A stretch of DNA of 59,922 bases, counting the filler. It is 5 parts of 5 records of this genome, joined end to end, with 100 filler letters (N's around TTAATTAATTAA, not from the genome) between each part and the next. Parts side by side here need not be neighbours in the genome. Positions count along the whole stretch, not along the records: positions 52,449 to 59,922 come from DRR723986_11223; 4 more parts are not named here. One strand, 5' to 3'. A program made the translations under genes and the position numbers. A model generated the notes under the pieces. That model worked only from the letters and a program-made list of their open reading frames with translations, did not search any database and had not been told where the DNA came from. Positions 58,239-59,922 of this stretch are shown piece by piece. Position 1 is the stretch's first letter. The number at the start of each line of letters is the position of its first letter.

Positions 58239-59749
58239 ACGGCCTCCGCCATGGGTTCGTCGGCAATGGCCGCGACAATGTTGGAAGTCGTGATGTCGTC
58301 ACCGGCAAGTTCGCATACCTGACGCCGGTCACGCAGCACGATCACCCGGGTGGAATAGGCGACGAGCTCTTCCAGCTCGGACGAGGCCACAAGAAGCGCC
58401 ATGCCGTCTTCGCGCAGTTTCTCGATAAGGGCGATGATTTCCGCGTGGGCGCCGACATCAATGCCGCGTGTCGGTTCATCCAGGATGAGGAAGGCCGGAT
58501 TGGTTGCCAGCCATCTTGCCAGCAGTGCCTTCTGCTGATTGCCGCCAGAAAGCAGGCGGATCGGCATGTCCAGGCTGGCGAGGCGAATGTCGAGGGCCTT
58601 CACATAGGCTTCCGCCAGTTCGTTGACCTTTGCTTTCGGGAGTGGCCGGAACCAGCCCTGTCGGGCCTGCAGAGCCAGAATGATATTCTCCCGCACGGAA
58701 AGATCGCCGACGATACCGTCGCTCTTCCGGTCTTCCGGACAGAGCGCAAACCGGTGCGCGACGGCCTCACGCGGGTTCTTGATGGTGACTTTCTTGCCTT
58801 CCAGCAGCGCTTCGCCCTGGTCAGCCTGCACGGCGCCAAAGATGATTTCGGCAGTTTCCGTACGTCCGGACCCCAGAAGCCCGGCCAGGCCGACGACTTC
58901 GCCCTTGCGCACGGTCAGGTCAAACGGCGTGATCATGCCGCGTTTGCCGAAGTTCGTCAGCTCTATCAATGTGTCACCGGTTGCCGACGGGGCGCGGTCG
59001 TGGATGCGATCTTCCAGCTGCCGGCCGAGCATCAGCGTCACGATCTCGGTCTGGGTTGCATCTGCAAGCAGACGGGTGCCAACCACACGGCCGTTTCTCA
59101 GGACCGTTGCCCGGTCGGAGATCTCGAACACCTGGTCGAGGAAATGCGTGATGAAGACAATGGCAAGGCCACGCGCCTTCAGTTTTTCAATGACGGAAAA
59201 AACAAGGTCGACCTCATCCCGGTCGAGGCTGGCTGTCGGTTCGTCAAGGATCAGAACCTTGCCGGAAAGCTCGACGGCACGGGCAATCGCGACCACCTGT
59301 TGTACGGCGACGGAATAGGCCGACAGCGGCTCGGCCGGATTGACGGAGAGGCCGAATTCGGCAAGCAGATCCCGCGCCATCTTCATCATCTTGCGCTGGG
59401 AAATGAACCCGTGCCACATCGGCTGGCGGCCGAGAAAAAGGTTCTCCGCAACAGTCAGGTTCGGCAGCAGATTCACTTCCTGGTAGACGGTGCCGATACC
59501 CAGTTTCTGGCTGTCCTGAGTGCTGTTGGGCGAGATTTCCTGGCTGTTCAGGAGGATGGTGCCGGCATCGCGCCGATAGGCACCGGTCAGGCATTTGATC
59601 AGGGTGGATTTTCCGGCCCCGTTTTCGCCGAGCAGCGCATGCACTTCACCCGGATAAAGGGTCAGGTCCACTGCATCCAGCGCTATGGCCCCCGGAAAGA
59701 ATTTGGATATGCCCCGGCATTCGAGCACAGGGTCGGTTACGCTCGCCAT
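58235..59749 (-). CDS. ytfR: Sugar ABC ATP-binding protein YtfR
   Basis: GENGAGKSTL, LSGGNQQK, DEPTRGIDVGA; start at MASVTD. Confidence 0.88.
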   Translation of the reverse strand: MASVTDPVLECRGISKFFPGAIALDAVDLTLYPGEVHALLGENGAGKSTLIKCLTGAYRRDAGTILLNSQEISPNSTQDSQKLGIGTVYQEVNLLPNLTVAENLFLGRQPMWHGFISQRKMMKMARDLLAEFGLSVNPAEPLSAYSVAVQQVVAIARAVELSGKVLILDEPTASLDRDEVDLVFSVIEKLKARGLAIVFITHFLDQVFEISDRATVLRNGRVVGTRLLADATQTEIVTLMLGRQLEDRIHDRAPSATGDTLIELTNFGKRGMITPFDLTVRKGEVVGLAGLLGSGRTETAEIIFGAVQADQGEALLEGKKVTIKNPREAVAHRFALCPEDRKSDGIVGDLSVRENIILALQARQGWFRPLPKAKVNELAEAYVKALDIRLASLDMPIRLLSGGNQQKALLARWLATNPAFLILDEPTRGIDVGAHAEIIALIEKLREDGMALLVASSELEELVAYSTRVIVLRDRRQVCELAGDDITTSNIVAAIADEPMAEAV

Positions 59750-59788
59750 GTATCGGCTTCCCCCGAAGTCGGACTTCCTGAACCTTGA

Positions 59789-59816
59789 GATGCCGGGCGG
59801 CAGGCCGCCCGGCATC
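59789..59816. other. Perfect 12-bp hairpin after the solute-binding protein gene
   Basis: GATGCCGGGCGG-CAGG-CCGCCCGGCATC; no U-tract, so probably mRNA-stabilising. Confidence 0.65.
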
Positions 59817-59826
59817 GGGATCGTTC

Positions 59827-59922
59827 TTAGTATCCCAGGTCTTTCTTCATCTCGTAGATGGCCATGTTATCATCTTTGAGCGTGTAGAGTTTGGACTCGG
59901 TCTGGATCCACTTCGGCGGCAT
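59827..59922 (-). CDS. ytfQ: Sugar ABC substrate-binding protein (YtfQ-like), C-terminus
   Basis: PPKWIQTESKLY...KKDLGY*; position upstream of ytfR. Confidence 0.75.
   Translation of the reverse strand: MPPKWIQTESKLYTLKDDNMAIYEMKKDLGY

Overview
The window is five unrelated contigs joined by artificial 100-bp linkers (N-run, TTAATTAATTAA, N-run) at 16096-16195, 40511-40610, 46762-46861 and 52349-52448. All five look alphaproteobacterial; the taxon labels below are inferred from gene order and protein style, not from database searches. (1) 1-16095, Hyphomonadaceae/Caulobacterales-like: tkt; a divergent pair of an HTH-citrate-synthase fusion and a citrate synthase; tRNA-Arg(CCT) followed by a decayed island (orphan IS3-type end, XRE regulator, GSU2403-type nucleotidyltransferase with a DUF1488-like tail, DUF736 and Fic remnants); a TonB receptor/PepSY iron-uptake operon with twin Fur-like boxes; hbd, etfA, etfB. 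(2) 16196-40510, Roseobacter-like core chromosome: glnD, rsmI, yraN, gshB, comM, cobU, rpoH2, coaBC, a patch of pseudogenes plus an atypical dut, moeB-like, dcp, TylF methyltransferase, and the rodA-mrdA-mreDCB cluster. (3) 40611-46761 and (4) 46862-52348: two homologous Mu-like (transposable) prophage early regions. They share exactly 30 nt at both ends, so they are the two arms of an assembly bubble. Arm A carries a phage HU gene followed by a complete type II hammerhead ribozyme with a pseudoknot just upstream of the DUF3164 gene; arm B has a small membrane ORF in that slot. (5) 52449-59922: oxidative arabinose/galactose-type catabolism, a REP-like palindrome, and a YtfQ/R/T-YjfF sugar ABC transporter with a FadR regulator. 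The strongest unannotated signal is the prophage hammerhead ribozyme at 41441-41531 (minus strand).
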